Below are positions 19,254-28,844 of a stretch of DNA of 64,000 bases, in pieces. The translations under genes and the position numbers were made by a program. This stretch comes from a virus. The notes under the pieces are model-generated. The model did not search any database, had not been told where the DNA came from, and worked only from the letters and a program-made list of their open reading frames with translations. The DNA is taken from positions 62,621 through 126,620 of the IMG/VR virus record IMGVR_UViG_3300020473_002209, one strand, 5' to 3'. Position 1 is the stretch's first letter, and every line of letters begins with the position of its first letter.

Positions 19254-20285
19254 TTGCATATTGGTACGTACCAGTCGTTTACACATTGCTACATATCGTT
19301 GGTAAGAAATGTTTATGAAAATCCAGCGTTTGAAGCAGCACCTCGTGGCCAAAAGGTCAAAGAAATACTCGGGGCATCATTTACAATCACCAACCCAAGA
19401 GACAGAATTCCCTATGTTGCCGGTCGTAAGTTCAGCATTTCGTACATGGTTGCAGAGCTTGTGTGGTATCTTTCTGGTAATAACGAAACAGCGTGGATTT
19501 CAAAGTATTCAAATTTCTGGCGTAATATCTCCGATGATGGTGTGACAGCGAATTCTGCTTATGGTGCAAGACTCTTTAAGCACCACCCCAAGATTGCTCA
19601 AGGAAGATTTAATCAGTGGGAATACATCATCGATGAGCTTACACGTGATCCAGACTCCCGTCGTGCAGTGATGCACTTGAGGGTTCCTGATGACAGCATC
19701 GACGCTAAGCTGGATGTACCCTGTACACTTGCTCTTCAATTTTTTATTAGAGATGGTAAGTTACACCAGGTTGTAAATATGAGAAGCTCCGACGTGATAT
19801 TCGGTATTGCATATGATATTCCAGCGTTCACAATGTTCCAAGAATTGCTTGCCAATGAGCTGGGCGTTGGGCTTGGTACATACACACACACCAGTAATTC
19901 ACTGCACATATATGAGCGCCACTTCGAGATGGCAGAGAGTATTTTACAAACTTCTAACGTCAATAAGTCACAGTTTGCGCTTTGGAAAAAGTACGGCCCG
20001 ATGCCACCACTTAATTGTGTTTCAAGAGATGAGCTCTCTTATTGGACAGACAAGATGATGGAGCTTGAGAAAGACTTGACCAACTCGACATCAGTGGATT
20101 CTGTCCACCAAGCATTCCGCCGTGTATTTGCGTATCCGACTGCTGATGCACTGACATGGCATGATTTCGCAGTGGTATTAGCCGCTGATAGAATAAGAAA
20201 GATATCTACCAGGGATGAGGCAAGAAAAATGTTAGAAAATTTGAAATTTGAAGGTTATCGGTTTAACACAAGGAGTGTAAAGTGA
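19254..20285 (+). CDS. Thymidylate synthase-fold protein, probable dCMP hydroxymethylase/modifying enzyme
   Basis: SRRAV, DVPCT, MRSSDVIFGIAYD (Asp where dUMP-specific ThyA has Asn), SLHIYERH. Confidence 0.8.
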   Translation: MHIGTYQSFTHCYISLVRNVYENPAFEAAPRGQKVKEILGASFTITNPRDRIPYVAGRKFSISYMVAELVWYLSGNNETAWISKYSNFWRNISDDGVTANSAYGARLFKHHPKIAQGRFNQWEYIIDELTRDPDSRRAVMHLRVPDDSIDAKLDVPCTLALQFFIRDGKLHQVVNMRSSDVIFGIAYDIPAFTMFQELLANELGVGLGTYTHTSNSLHIYERHFEMAESILQTSNVNKSQFALWKKYGPMPPLNCVSRDELSYWTDKMMELEKDLTNSTSVDSVHQAFRRVFAYPTADALTWHDFAVVLAADRIRKISTRDEARKMLENLKFEGYRFNTRSVK

Positions 20286-21412
20286 GTAAGTACGATTATC
20301 TGATTGTGGGTTCAGGAATATTTGGGTCTACATTTGCTAGAGAAATGACAGATGCCGGGTATAGGTGTCTTGTCATAGATAAGCGAGACCATATCGCTGG
20401 TAACGTCTATTCAGAAAAGCGGAATGGTGTGGATGTCCATGTGTACGGAGCGCACATCTTTCATACCAGCAGCGATCGCATTTGGGATTATGTAAACCGA
20501 TTCGCGACCTTTAACAACTACATCAATAAGCCGAAGATTCGTTTCAATGATCGTATTTTTTCGTTCCCCATTAATTTAATGACGCTCCACCAGTTGTGGG
20601 GTGTTATGACCCCTGCCGAAGCAGAAGCCAAGCTGGAAGAAGTCCGGATTCCGTGTGAGAACCCTGATAATCTTGAAGACTGGATTCTTTCTCAAGTCGG
20701 TCGTGAAGTTTATGAGACTTTCATCAGGGGCTACACGATGAAGCAGTGGCAGCGAGATCCAAAAGAGTTACCCGCTTCCATCATCAAGCGTCTTCCTATC
20801 CGAATGGTTTTTGAAGAAAACTATTTCTTTGACAAGTATCAGGGGATCCCTAAGGAAGGGTATACTCAGATGGTTGCGAATATGCTGGAAGGTATTGAGG
20901 TCAGGACAGGCGTCGATTATTTTGCGAATAGAGATGAGCTGAACAGTCTTGCTGAAAAAGTTGTGTTCACTGGAAAGATCGATGAGTATTTTGGTTATCA
21001 GTTTGGAGAGCTAGAATATAGAACGCTTCGCTTCGAACATGAAGAGCTTGAGGGAGACTTTCAGGGAAATGCAGTTGTAAACTATACACATCCTGATGTT
21101 CCATACACTCGGATTGTTGAGCATAAGCATTTCTTACCAGAGACGGCTAGTAAGATTCCAAACACTATTATTACTCGTGAATATTCAGATGAGTATAAGC
21201 GTGGAAAGACGCCTTACTACCCCATTAACAATGAGAAGAATACTTCAATGTATAAGAAGTATGCTGCTATGGCTCATGAAGAATCAGGAGTCATTTTCGG
21301 CGGAAGGTTGGCAGAATACAAGTACTACGACATGCACCAAGTTATCGGTTCTGCACTTGTAAAAGCTAAGCGTGAGCTTGAAAAACGTAAGAAATCAACA
21401 TATAATGGTTAA
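20282..21412 (+). CDS. glf: UDP-galactopyranose mutase
   Basis: GSGIFG, HIAGN, HVYGAHIFH, YF.DKYQGIP, TRIVEHKHF, PYYP, GRLAEYKYYDMHQ. Confidence 0.93.
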   Translation: MSKYDYLIVGSGIFGSTFAREMTDAGYRCLVIDKRDHIAGNVYSEKRNGVDVHVYGAHIFHTSSDRIWDYVNRFATFNNYINKPKIRFNDRIFSFPINLMTLHQLWGVMTPAEAEAKLEEVRIPCENPDNLEDWILSQVGREVYETFIRGYTMKQWQRDPKELPASIIKRLPIRMVFEENYFFDKYQGIPKEGYTQMVANMLEGIEVRTGVDYFANRDELNSLAEKVVFTGKIDEYFGYQFGELEYRTLRFEHEELEGDFQGNAVVNYTHPDVPYTRIVEHKHFLPETASKIPNTIITREYSDEYKRGKTPYYPINNEKNTSMYKKYAAMAHEESGVIFGGRLAEYKYYDMHQVIGSALVKAKRELEKRKKSTYNG

Positions 21413-21427
21413 TATTAAGGAGAAAAA

Positions 21428-22483
21428 ATGAGGGTCTTGTATAGTTTTTGGGGGTTTATCACTCCGCTGGAAAAGAATAGCATTGTTGATACACCTGATG
21501 GTGAGCGCGGCAACCGCGTTGATTGGGTGAATGAGCTACTTAAGCGCGGTCACACACCGATTCAGCTCCAGAAAATGAGGGATGATGAGCAGTATCCCGG
21601 CGTGGAGTATGACGATTCCGGCTTTCCAGACGGAGATATTCTCTACGTAGAGTGGCGATGGCCGACTTGGAAAAATAGCGGCGAAAATCCTGCTGAGCCA
21701 GACTATAATAGGCAATGCCAGGTGCTTGACTACTATCATGAGCAAGGGATTCCAATTGTTATTGTCGATGGTGATCTTAAGATGACGCCTGAAGAAGAGC
21801 TGCGCTGGCCAAATGCCATACTTGCAGATGCATGCGTTTCACCACAGCATCAGACTCGTAAGCGTATCACAATCCCTTGGTGCAACTATATGAAGAGGTA
21901 CTTTGAGCCAGTTGAGTATTCGTACAATTACACATACGTCGGAAACAACTACGAGCGTGAAGAGCCTTTTGCGAAGTATTACACTGGACCGAGTACCGCA
22001 CTTCGTGCAGGCGGCGTTCAGACAATGATTTATGGAAACTGGCTTAATAAGTCACCTGAGAGAATTGATCCAGCAAAGCTACTTGCCCAGACTCCAAACG
22101 TTGCTTTCGGTCCGCGGTTGGCGTATAAAGACATCTTTGGTGTTCTTAATTCTTCTATCACTGTGACCCACATCACTAAGCCAGCATACACTCCGTTCGG
22201 GAATATCACTGGACGCTTTTTCGAAGCGATTAAGAGTAACGTCCCCGCGCTAATCCCTATCGAGTTTCAGCATGCTGTCCCTGTCGCTCTTTCAGATAAG
22301 TCTTTGCTGGTTGAATCGTCACGAGATGTGTTTGAGAAAGTGAAGTGGCTATCCACGCTTAATGGCGAACAGAGGAAGGCTCTTGTTGATGCACAAGAGG
22401 AGGCTCTGAGGACCGTGATCGACCCGCGGCCTGAATATAGGACTGATTTGCTCGAGCACATTCTGGGGGACTATCGGGCATGA
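21428..22483 (+). CDS. Putative GT-B glycosyltransferase (possible DNA base glycosyltransferase)
   Basis: N-terminal ELLKRGH, TYVGN, C-terminal GNITGRFFEAI...PAL as in GT-B; position between glf and kinase. Confidence 0.6.
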   Translation: MRVLYSFWGFITPLEKNSIVDTPDGERGNRVDWVNELLKRGHTPIQLQKMRDDEQYPGVEYDDSGFPDGDILYVEWRWPTWKNSGENPAEPDYNRQCQVLDYYHEQGIPIVIVDGDLKMTPEEELRWPNAILADACVSPQHQTRKRITIPWCNYMKRYFEPVEYSYNYTYVGNNYEREEPFAKYYTGPSTALRAGGVQTMIYGNWLNKSPERIDPAKLLAQTPNVAFGPRLAYKDIFGVLNSSITVTHITKPAYTPFGNITGRFFEAIKSNVPALIPIEFQHAVPVALSDKSLLVESSRDVFEKVKWLSTLNGEQRKALVDAQEEALRTVIDPRPEYRTDLLEHILGDYRA

Positions 22484-23004
22484 AAATTGCGTTCATCGGG
22501 CCAGACATGACAGGGAAATCTAATATTGCCGCAGAGCTGTCTCTACAGACTGGAATTCCAGTATTTAAGAATTCTGGAGAGTGGAAAACTGAACTCGGTA
22601 GTCCTGATTACTTTCTTAACCTTTTGCGCTACGGCGGTCCATTCCTCATGGACTTTATGAAGCAGACTGATGTGAAAGTAATCCTTGACCGCTTTTATCC
22701 TTGTGAGCTCGTATACGCAGAAGCATTCGAGCGAGAGACCGATATGTCTGCGATATCTTGGATGGATGTGAATTTTGCCGAAGCATCTGGCAAATTTATT
22801 ATTTGTTTGCGCAAAGATTATTCTGGCTTGATTGATGATCAATACCCTGATGATTTACCAAAAGAAATGCTTGAAAAGCTTGATAAGCTGTACAGGGCGT
22901 TTGCCGACACAACAGATTGCGATTGTCTTATTTTAGAAACCGACGATAGAGACTTGAACAATCAGATCAAAAAGATTAAAATGTTCTTAGGAATTAAAAC
23001 TTAG
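22480..23004 (+). CDS. dNMP (thymidylate-like) kinase
   Basis: GPDMTGKS P-loop, ILDRFYPCELVY. Confidence 0.8.
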   Translation: MKIAFIGPDMTGKSNIAAELSLQTGIPVFKNSGEWKTELGSPDYFLNLLRYGGPFLMDFMKQTDVKVILDRFYPCELVYAEAFERETDMSAISWMDVNFAEASGKFIICLRKDYSGLIDDQYPDDLPKEMLEKLDKLYRAFADTTDCDCLILETDDRDLNNQIKKIKMFLGIKT

Positions 23005-23020
23005 AGAATTGGAGGATTTT

Positions 23021-24025
23021 GTGCGTTTACGTAAAGCACTAGTAACGGGCTGCTGTGGATTTATAGGCAGTCATGTAACACAGCAGCTAGTTGAGGCTGG
23101 CTGGTATGTTGAGGGGGTTGATGATTTGTCAAATGGCGACTTGTCCACTCTTGAGGGCATGCGATACCGCACAGTAACAGAGGGAATGCTTCATCTGTAT
23201 GATGAGCAGGCTGGGGTGCCACTTGCTGGTGAGTTGCTGGTTATAACAGCAGATTTTGCAGCAGGACAAGTTTTGTCTCGTGTCGCTGCCGGAGATTATG
23301 ATGTGATTTTTCACCTGGCTGCAAACCCGCGAGTTGAATATTCTGTCAAATATCCAGCATTGACAACGCACACAAACGTTCAGAAGACGATCGAGCTGAT
23401 GTCAGCTGCAATTAACAAAATAGACCGATTTGTATTTGCGTCTTCATCAGCTTGCTATGGAGAGGTTGCTCACCTTCCAACGACAGAGGAAGAAGCAGAA
23501 GACCCAACTTCTCCTTACGGGCTACAGAAGCTTGTGGTTGAACAATTCGCTGAAATGTATACCAAACTTTATGGGATGGATTTCGTCGCGCTAAGGTTCT
23601 TCAATGTATACGGTCCAGGACAACTCGGGGATTCACCATATTCAACAGCAGTCGCAGCGTGGTGTACACGCCTGAAGAATGGCGATCCACTCAGGAGCGA
23701 TGGCGACGGTGAGCAGACAAGAGATATGATATATGTTAAAGACGTTGCGCAAGCAATGATTGCAGCTGCAGACCACCCTGAGTATCTTGGGTTTCAGATG
23801 TACAATGTCGCCACAGGTGAGTCGGTTTCAAATAACCAGATTTTAGGTGTACTGAAAGAGTACTTTCCTGACCTAACCATCACTCATGCACCAGAGAGGG
23901 CAGGTGATGTTAAGCATACATTGGGGTGTATAAATAAGATTAGCGAAGATCTTAGCTGGCATCCTCGGAAGCAATTCTGGGATGGCTTAAGAAAAACGCT
24001 TCAATGGTGGGAGCTAATCGATTAA
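23021..24025 (+). CDS. NAD-dependent NDP-sugar epimerase/dehydratase (GalE/WbpP-like)
   Basis: TGCCGFIGS, FHLAA, ASSSACYG, SPYGLQK, LRFFNVYGP, GDGEQTRD; GTG start after GGAGG. Confidence 0.92.
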   Translation: MRLRKALVTGCCGFIGSHVTQQLVEAGWYVEGVDDLSNGDLSTLEGMRYRTVTEGMLHLYDEQAGVPLAGELLVITADFAAGQVLSRVAAGDYDVIFHLAANPRVEYSVKYPALTTHTNVQKTIELMSAAINKIDRFVFASSSACYGEVAHLPTTEEEAEDPTSPYGLQKLVVEQFAEMYTKLYGMDFVALRFFNVYGPGQLGDSPYSTAVAAWCTRLKNGDPLRSDGDGEQTRDMIYVKDVAQAMIAAADHPEYLGFQMYNVATGESVSNNQILGVLKEYFPDLTITHAPERAGDVKHTLGCINKISEDLSWHPRKQFWDGLRKTLQWWELID

Positions 24026-24465
24026 TGAATAGATGCATTTGGCCAGGAAGATCAATAGCAACTGAGAAGCCGTGGGGCTATGAAGTCCAGTGGTGCGGCA
24101 TCTTTTATGGCAAAGAAATTCACCTAAGGGCAGGCCATCGAACTAGCTTGAAGTTTCACCCCAAGAAAGAAGAAGCGTTGTATGTTCAGAAGGGCTTGAT
24201 TGAGGCAGAAATCGCAGACGAAAGACACTTTTCAGACCACATACTTCATCCAGCTCGAATCGTGACATTAGGACCTGGCGAAATAATAAATGTTCAAGCC
24301 GGGTGTGCGTACAGATTGACAGCAGTGGATGATAGCGTTGTTTTTGAAATTTCCTCAGGCTCTGACTCTTCCTCTCCTGTTCGTTTGGAAGACGATTATG
24401 GTCGTGAAGTTGACCAAAGTGGCAAATATATTTTTGTGCACCCGACAAAAGAAAATGATAATTAA
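24025..24465 (+). CDS. Cupin (mannose-6-phosphate isomerase type II C-terminal-like)
   Basis: KPWGYE, SLKFH..K.E, EIS, VRLEDDYGR. Confidence 0.8.
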   Translation: MNRCIWPGRSIATEKPWGYEVQWCGIFYGKEIHLRAGHRTSLKFHPKKEEALYVQKGLIEAEIADERHFSDHILHPARIVTLGPGEIINVQAGCAYRLTAVDDSVVFEISSGSDSSSPVRLEDDYGREVDQSGKYIFVHPTKENDN

Positions 24466-24485
24466 AAATCTATCCCGGGAATATT

Positions 24486-25340
24486 ATGAGTTCAATGGAC
24501 CCAAATTCGGTTAACGTAGTGATTTATCATGCAGACTGTACAGACGGTTTCGGCGCAGCTTACTCTGCTTGGAAGCAACTTGGAAACCGAGCAGAATATT
24601 ACGCATGCAAGCATGGTACAACACCTCCAGATGTGAAAGGAAAAAACGTTGTAATTCTTGATTTTTCTTGGGATAAGGCGACGATCAAGAAGATGATAAA
24701 GAAAGCCAAAAATCTACTGATCATCGATCACCACAAGTCAGCTATGGTCGAGCTTCATGATATCTCAAATACTTATTTTGATATGACGAAGAGCGGAGCA
24801 ATGCTGGCGTGGGAATGGTTTCACCCAGGAAAAGAGCCGCCAAAATTCATAAAGTATATTCAAGATCGTGACCTATGGGAGTGGAAGCTTGAATATTCTA
24901 AAGAATTCAGCGCGGCATTTGATATGGTGCCGTTTGAATTTGAAGAGTTCGAGAAGTTTGAAGATGACTCTGTTTTTGATGACGCATGTAAGCGTGGGTC
25001 CTACATCCTCGCGTATAGCAAGACGGTTGTCAAAAAAGTTTGTGAAAAAGCTCAACCCCGTACGATGGGTGGTAAGTCTGTCTTGGTGGTAAATGCCTCC
25101 CACTGGATGTCTGAGATTGGTGCTCGCTTAGCCCCTGATTGTGATTTTGCAATGATCTGGTATTGGGATCATGAAGATGAAATAACAAAGGTTAGCTTAA
25201 GAGCTTTTCACGATAGCGTTGATGTTTCCGAGATCGCAAAGCAGTTTGGCGGAGGCGGTCACAAGAAAGCAGCGGGATTTACTTTACCTAAGGAGAAACA
25301 CATTGAAGAACTTTTTGACACAGCCGAGCCCGAGGTATGA
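24486..25340 (+). CDS. DHH/DHHA1 phosphoesterase
   Basis: YHADC.DG, ILDFS, IDHH, SLR, GGGGHKKAAGF. Confidence 0.9.
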   Translation: MSSMDPNSVNVVIYHADCTDGFGAAYSAWKQLGNRAEYYACKHGTTPPDVKGKNVVILDFSWDKATIKKMIKKAKNLLIIDHHKSAMVELHDISNTYFDMTKSGAMLAWEWFHPGKEPPKFIKYIQDRDLWEWKLEYSKEFSAAFDMVPFEFEEFEKFEDDSVFDDACKRGSYILAYSKTVVKKVCEKAQPRTMGGKSVLVVNASHWMSEIGARLAPDCDFAMIWYWDHEDEITKVSLRAFHDSVDVSEIAKQFGGGGHKKAAGFTLPKEKHIEELFDTAEPEV

Positions 25341-25896
25341 TATTGTCTACCTGGATCCACCATGGGATTACAAAGGCCAGCTCCAACATAGTAAGCCTGG
25401 AATGGGTGATACAGGTGGCGCTCGCAAGCATTATGGTACACTCAAGCTAAAGCAGCTTAAGCAGTTTCCAATGCAGAAACTCATGAATGATGATGCACTG
25501 GTATTTATGTGGGTGACGAACCCACATCTTGACCAAGGTATTGAGCTTCTAAAAAGCTGGGGATTGAAATATGCAACCGTTGGGTTTGTGTGGAACAAGA
25601 TGCGAGTTAATCCTGGCTTTTACACAATGTCCCAATGTGAGCTTTGTCTTGTCGGAAAGAATGGGAAAATTCCGCGCCCTCGTGGAGCAAGGAATGTACG
25701 CCAATATCTTGAGCACATGCGCGAACAGCACAGCAAAAAGCCAGACGAAGTGCGCGTACGAATTGAGCAAATGTTTCCAGATCAGACGAAGGTCGAGCTT
25801 TTCGCAAGGCACCAAAACCCAGGGTGGTCAGCTTGGGGCGATGAAGTTGAGAGCTGTGAAAGCCTTAAGAGGTATTTGAATGAGCTCGGATGGTAG
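25303..25896 (+). CDS. MT-A70 family adenine methyltransferase
   Basis: DPPW, FMWVT, FVWNK, E.CLVG, HSKKP, ELFAR, WGDE; likely TTG start 25303 after AGGAG. Confidence 0.88.
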   Translation: MKNFLTQPSPRYDIVYLDPPWDYKGQLQHSKPGMGDTGGARKHYGTLKLKQLKQFPMQKLMNDDALVFMWVTNPHLDQGIELLKSWGLKYATVGFVWNKMRVNPGFYTMSQCELCLVGKNGKIPRPRGARNVRQYLEHMREQHSKKPDEVRVRIEQMFPDQTKVELFARHQNPGWSAWGDEVESCESLKRYLNELGW

Positions 25897-26299
25897 GCCA
25901 GAATGGGATGAGATATGGATGGGCTTTGCTCATTCCATATCTCGTAGATCATACGATCCCAGACACCAAGTTGGTGCCGTTATCGTGACCAAAGAGAATA
26001 CACAGGTTCTTGCTGTAGGATATAACGGCAATTACTCTGGTGGGCCCAATGAAGTAGAGTCCACAGAGCCAGGAAGCTCAGGAATGATCCACGCTGAGAT
26101 TAACGCATTGTTAAAATGTGACTATAATATTCGCGGAAGAAAAATCATGTATGTGACTCTTAGTCCATGCAAGATGTGCGCGAAAGCAATAATCAATGGT
26201 GGCGTTTCTGAAGTGGTTTATGACGAAGAATATAGGGATATGTCCGGAGTCGACCTACTTAAGTCCGCAGGAGTCACGGTTAGACGCTATAGAACGTAG
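25880..26299 (+). CDS. dCMP deaminase
   Basis: VGAVIV, GYNG, HAEINA, TLSPCKMC. Confidence 0.9.
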   Translation: MSSDGRPEWDEIWMGFAHSISRRSYDPRHQVGAVIVTKENTQVLAVGYNGNYSGGPNEVESTEPGSSGMIHAEINALLKCDYNIRGRKIMYVTLSPCKMCAKAIINGGVSEVVYDEEYRDMSGVDLLKSAGVTVRRYRT

Positions 26300-26362
26300 C
26301 ACCAGTGATATTTACTCCATATTTACTTGTAAGCGCTATATTATTAATTGGAGTTCCAAGAC

Positions 26363-28381
26363 ATGAGTGGGATTGTATATAAGCTTTCGAAGCAATGCTC
26401 GAAGGCATTTATTAAGACACAGGTCGACTTATTTGCTGAGCATTTTTTGGCGGCTGGTGAGTTAGAGACGCTTCTTACAGAAGCACTTGATGATAAGGAC
26501 AAGCAAGAGTTTAGTGCTGCCCTAGATCAAGCAATATCGATTATGAATCAAATCAGCGATGCGACGCCAGACACTCCGGAGTGGAAAGCATTGGTTGATG
26601 CACTAAACGCCTCAGCTCCTGATATCGGTGGGGCAGAAATTATATATGATGCAGATGGAGACCCGAAGAAAAGAGCAGAGGTAGCAGCTGAATATACAAA
26701 GAGCACACAAGACATGATGGGAGAAGCCGCTGCGCTAATCCAGTGTATTGAAACAGTGAAAGGCGAGATTGGTAAATCTAAAGTCGAAGATGGTACAAAG
26801 ACTGTTGGCGATCTTGCGAATGCCGCTGCAGAAGGTGGCGATGACGCACCAGACTTTCCAACACCTGATGATCTTAAGAAAGCTGTAGAAAAAACGTATG
26901 TTGTACCTGATTGGTATAACAAGGCATGGGAGTCTGGCTCTAAAGAAGCTGAAGCAGAGAGCGGCGGTTTCTTTAAGAAGGTTATGGGTTTCATAGGTAA
27001 GCTTTTTGGTGGTGACGATTCAGGAAATATTGTTGCAGATGATATGGTTCTTGCAGCAATTATGTCATCTCCTTTTGAAGAGTTTGCAGCTATAAACCTT
27101 CAGAAGCTTCAGCAAGAGCTCGTCGGTGTAACAGAGGATATCGGTGCCGAAACAGCAGAAGCCTCAGCAGCAGCCGCGCAAGCCCAGGGCGGAGCCGATG
27201 CCGCGGCATCTGCCACAGCTGACATGAAAGCTGCTGCTCAAGGTGCTGAGGTACTTAAAAAGAATCCTGATGTTGCAAAAAATACTTTTACCGCTGCCAA
27301 GGAAGTTTTAGAACCATCCGACGCAGCAGCTGTTGAGGCTGGTATGGCTGGCAAGCTTGATGCTTTGACACCTCGCCAACAGCAGATTGTAGCTCTGATT
27401 TTACAGCTATTTGGGTCTGGTCCTGATGCTGCATCACCTGAACAAGTTGCGGATGTTGCCGACAAGGCTGATGACGCAGCAGATGAAGAGGTTGCAAAAG
27501 ACTTTAAGAATTTAGCAGCTCTAGCAGATCTCGGTACCAAGCACTTAGGCGATGGCGGGGATGAGCTTGTAAAGAATATGCTTAGTGATGAAGAAGCAAG
27601 CAAGGTTTTTGCTGCTCACTATTCTCGTCCTGGAGCTGCGATCCATGAAAGTACGTTGTTGAACCTATTGTTTGAGGAAGAGGAAGGTATTCCTTTTGAA
27701 GACGTTGTCACCGCCTTTTCCACTGCTGGTAAAGCTACAGGCCTCGAACCCGGTGAAGAAGAAATAACAGCCTGGGCGACGGATGTGAATGACCAAGGAT
27801 TACTTGACAAGGCAATTGCAATTGCTGGTGAGGAAGGCGGAGAAGAGGGAGAAGAAGGCGCACCCGCTTCCGAAGAGGAAGCAGCAGAAGAACAAGAGAC
27901 CGCACAGGCAGAACTCGAATCAGCTGCTCAAGAAGCAGCTGCTGAAGAAGCACCGCCCGCAGTTGCAGTCGCCGCCGCTTTAGACAATTGGATGGGCGGA
28001 TTATCAAAATCATCCCAACAATCTCTAGCTGCAAAGGATCGTATTGGTGGTCTAAAAGATTTGGTAAATACAGCTCTTGAAGATGCAGCTAAAGCTATTG
28101 AGGGTGAAGTTGAAGCAGCTATTGATATATGGCGCGGAGAACACGAAGAAACTTTGATGAAGAGTAAGCGTTTCGCAAAGAAGAATTTTGATTCTCTTTC
28201 GCAGCTGATCCCGCAAATTGCTGCTCAAATGTTAAAAGTTACAGCAGAAAACAATGTTCGACTTACTCGTGGTATGGTACGAAAAACAGTGTATCGTCAT
28301 CTCGATAGAAAGTTTGGTCGTCATGGAATGTTAATCGAGTCAACGCGCTGGGAAGCGTTAGCAGGAATTCGGAGTAAATGA
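26363..28381 (+). CDS. Large acidic Ala/Glu-rich protein, probably virion-associated
   Basis: Long ORF; two upstream ATATTTA; C-terminal ESTRWEALAGI. Confidence 0.6.
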   Translation: MSGIVYKLSKQCSKAFIKTQVDLFAEHFLAAGELETLLTEALDDKDKQEFSAALDQAISIMNQISDATPDTPEWKALVDALNASAPDIGGAEIIYDADGDPKKRAEVAAEYTKSTQDMMGEAAALIQCIETVKGEIGKSKVEDGTKTVGDLANAAAEGGDDAPDFPTPDDLKKAVEKTYVVPDWYNKAWESGSKEAEAESGGFFKKVMGFIGKLFGGDDSGNIVADDMVLAAIMSSPFEEFAAINLQKLQQELVGVTEDIGAETAEASAAAAQAQGGADAAASATADMKAAAQGAEVLKKNPDVAKNTFTAAKEVLEPSDAAAVEAGMAGKLDALTPRQQQIVALILQLFGSGPDAASPEQVADVADKADDAADEEVAKDFKNLAALADLGTKHLGDGGDELVKNMLSDEEASKVFAAHYSRPGAAIHESTLLNLLFEEEEGIPFEDVVTAFSTAGKATGLEPGEEEITAWATDVNDQGLLDKAIAIAGEEGGEEGEEGAPASEEEAAEEQETAQAELESAAQEAAAEEAPPAVAVAAALDNWMGGLSKSSQQSLAAKDRIGGLKDLVNTALEDAAKAIEGEVEAAIDIWRGEHEETLMKSKRFAKKNFDSLSQLIPQIAAQMLKVTAENNVRLTRGMVRKTVYRHLDRKFGRHGMLIESTRWEALAGIRSK

Positions 28382-28842
28382 TGGCAGATGCAGCTTTTTT
28401 ATTAGAAGTGCTAAAGTTCGAATATGACAGTCGGCTTAATGAAGTTATGGGTGAGTCTGATGTTTTTGATGACAGAGGGAACCTAATCCTTTCACCTGAC
28501 TTAAAGGTACGCCACAAGAAGTCTGGATATGAATATACGATTGCGCATGTGAAGGGTGATAAGCCCGGAGATATACAGATTGTTTTGCGTGAACCTGAAG
28601 AACCGCGCTTCGACCCCCCAGGCGGCGGTGAAGAAGTATTAGGCGGTCCAGATGATGCAGGCGCTCTTAACGAAGAAGATGCCGACCCAAGGATACCTGA
28701 TTTACTAGACCCAGAAGCAGGCCCCGTTGATGTTGACGCTCAAGTACAAGCAATCGCGCAGGTCGCAGATGAAGAACCGCAAGATGAAGTTGTCTTTGTG
28801 ATCGATCAAGAAGAGTTTGAAAAAGAATATGAGGTGGATTAA
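28378..28842 (+). CDS. Acidic hypothetical protein
   Basis: ORF, coupled. Confidence 0.65.
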   Translation: MMADAAFLLEVLKFEYDSRLNEVMGESDVFDDRGNLILSPDLKVRHKKSGYEYTIAHVKGDKPGDIQIVLREPEEPRFDPPGGGEEVLGGPDDAGALNEEDADPRIPDLLDPEAGPVDVDAQVQAIAQVADEEPQDEVVFVIDQEEFEKEYEVD

Positions 28843-28844
28843 AC

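Noticed and set aside
19254-20285. Calling this a normal thyA
   Set aside because: Specificity residue is Asp, ThyX is present, and neighbours are sugar enzymes.
25219-25340. Long DHH/MT-A70 overlap suggesting a programmed frameshift
   Set aside because: TTG at 25303 with an AGGAG RBS gives an ordinary short overlap.
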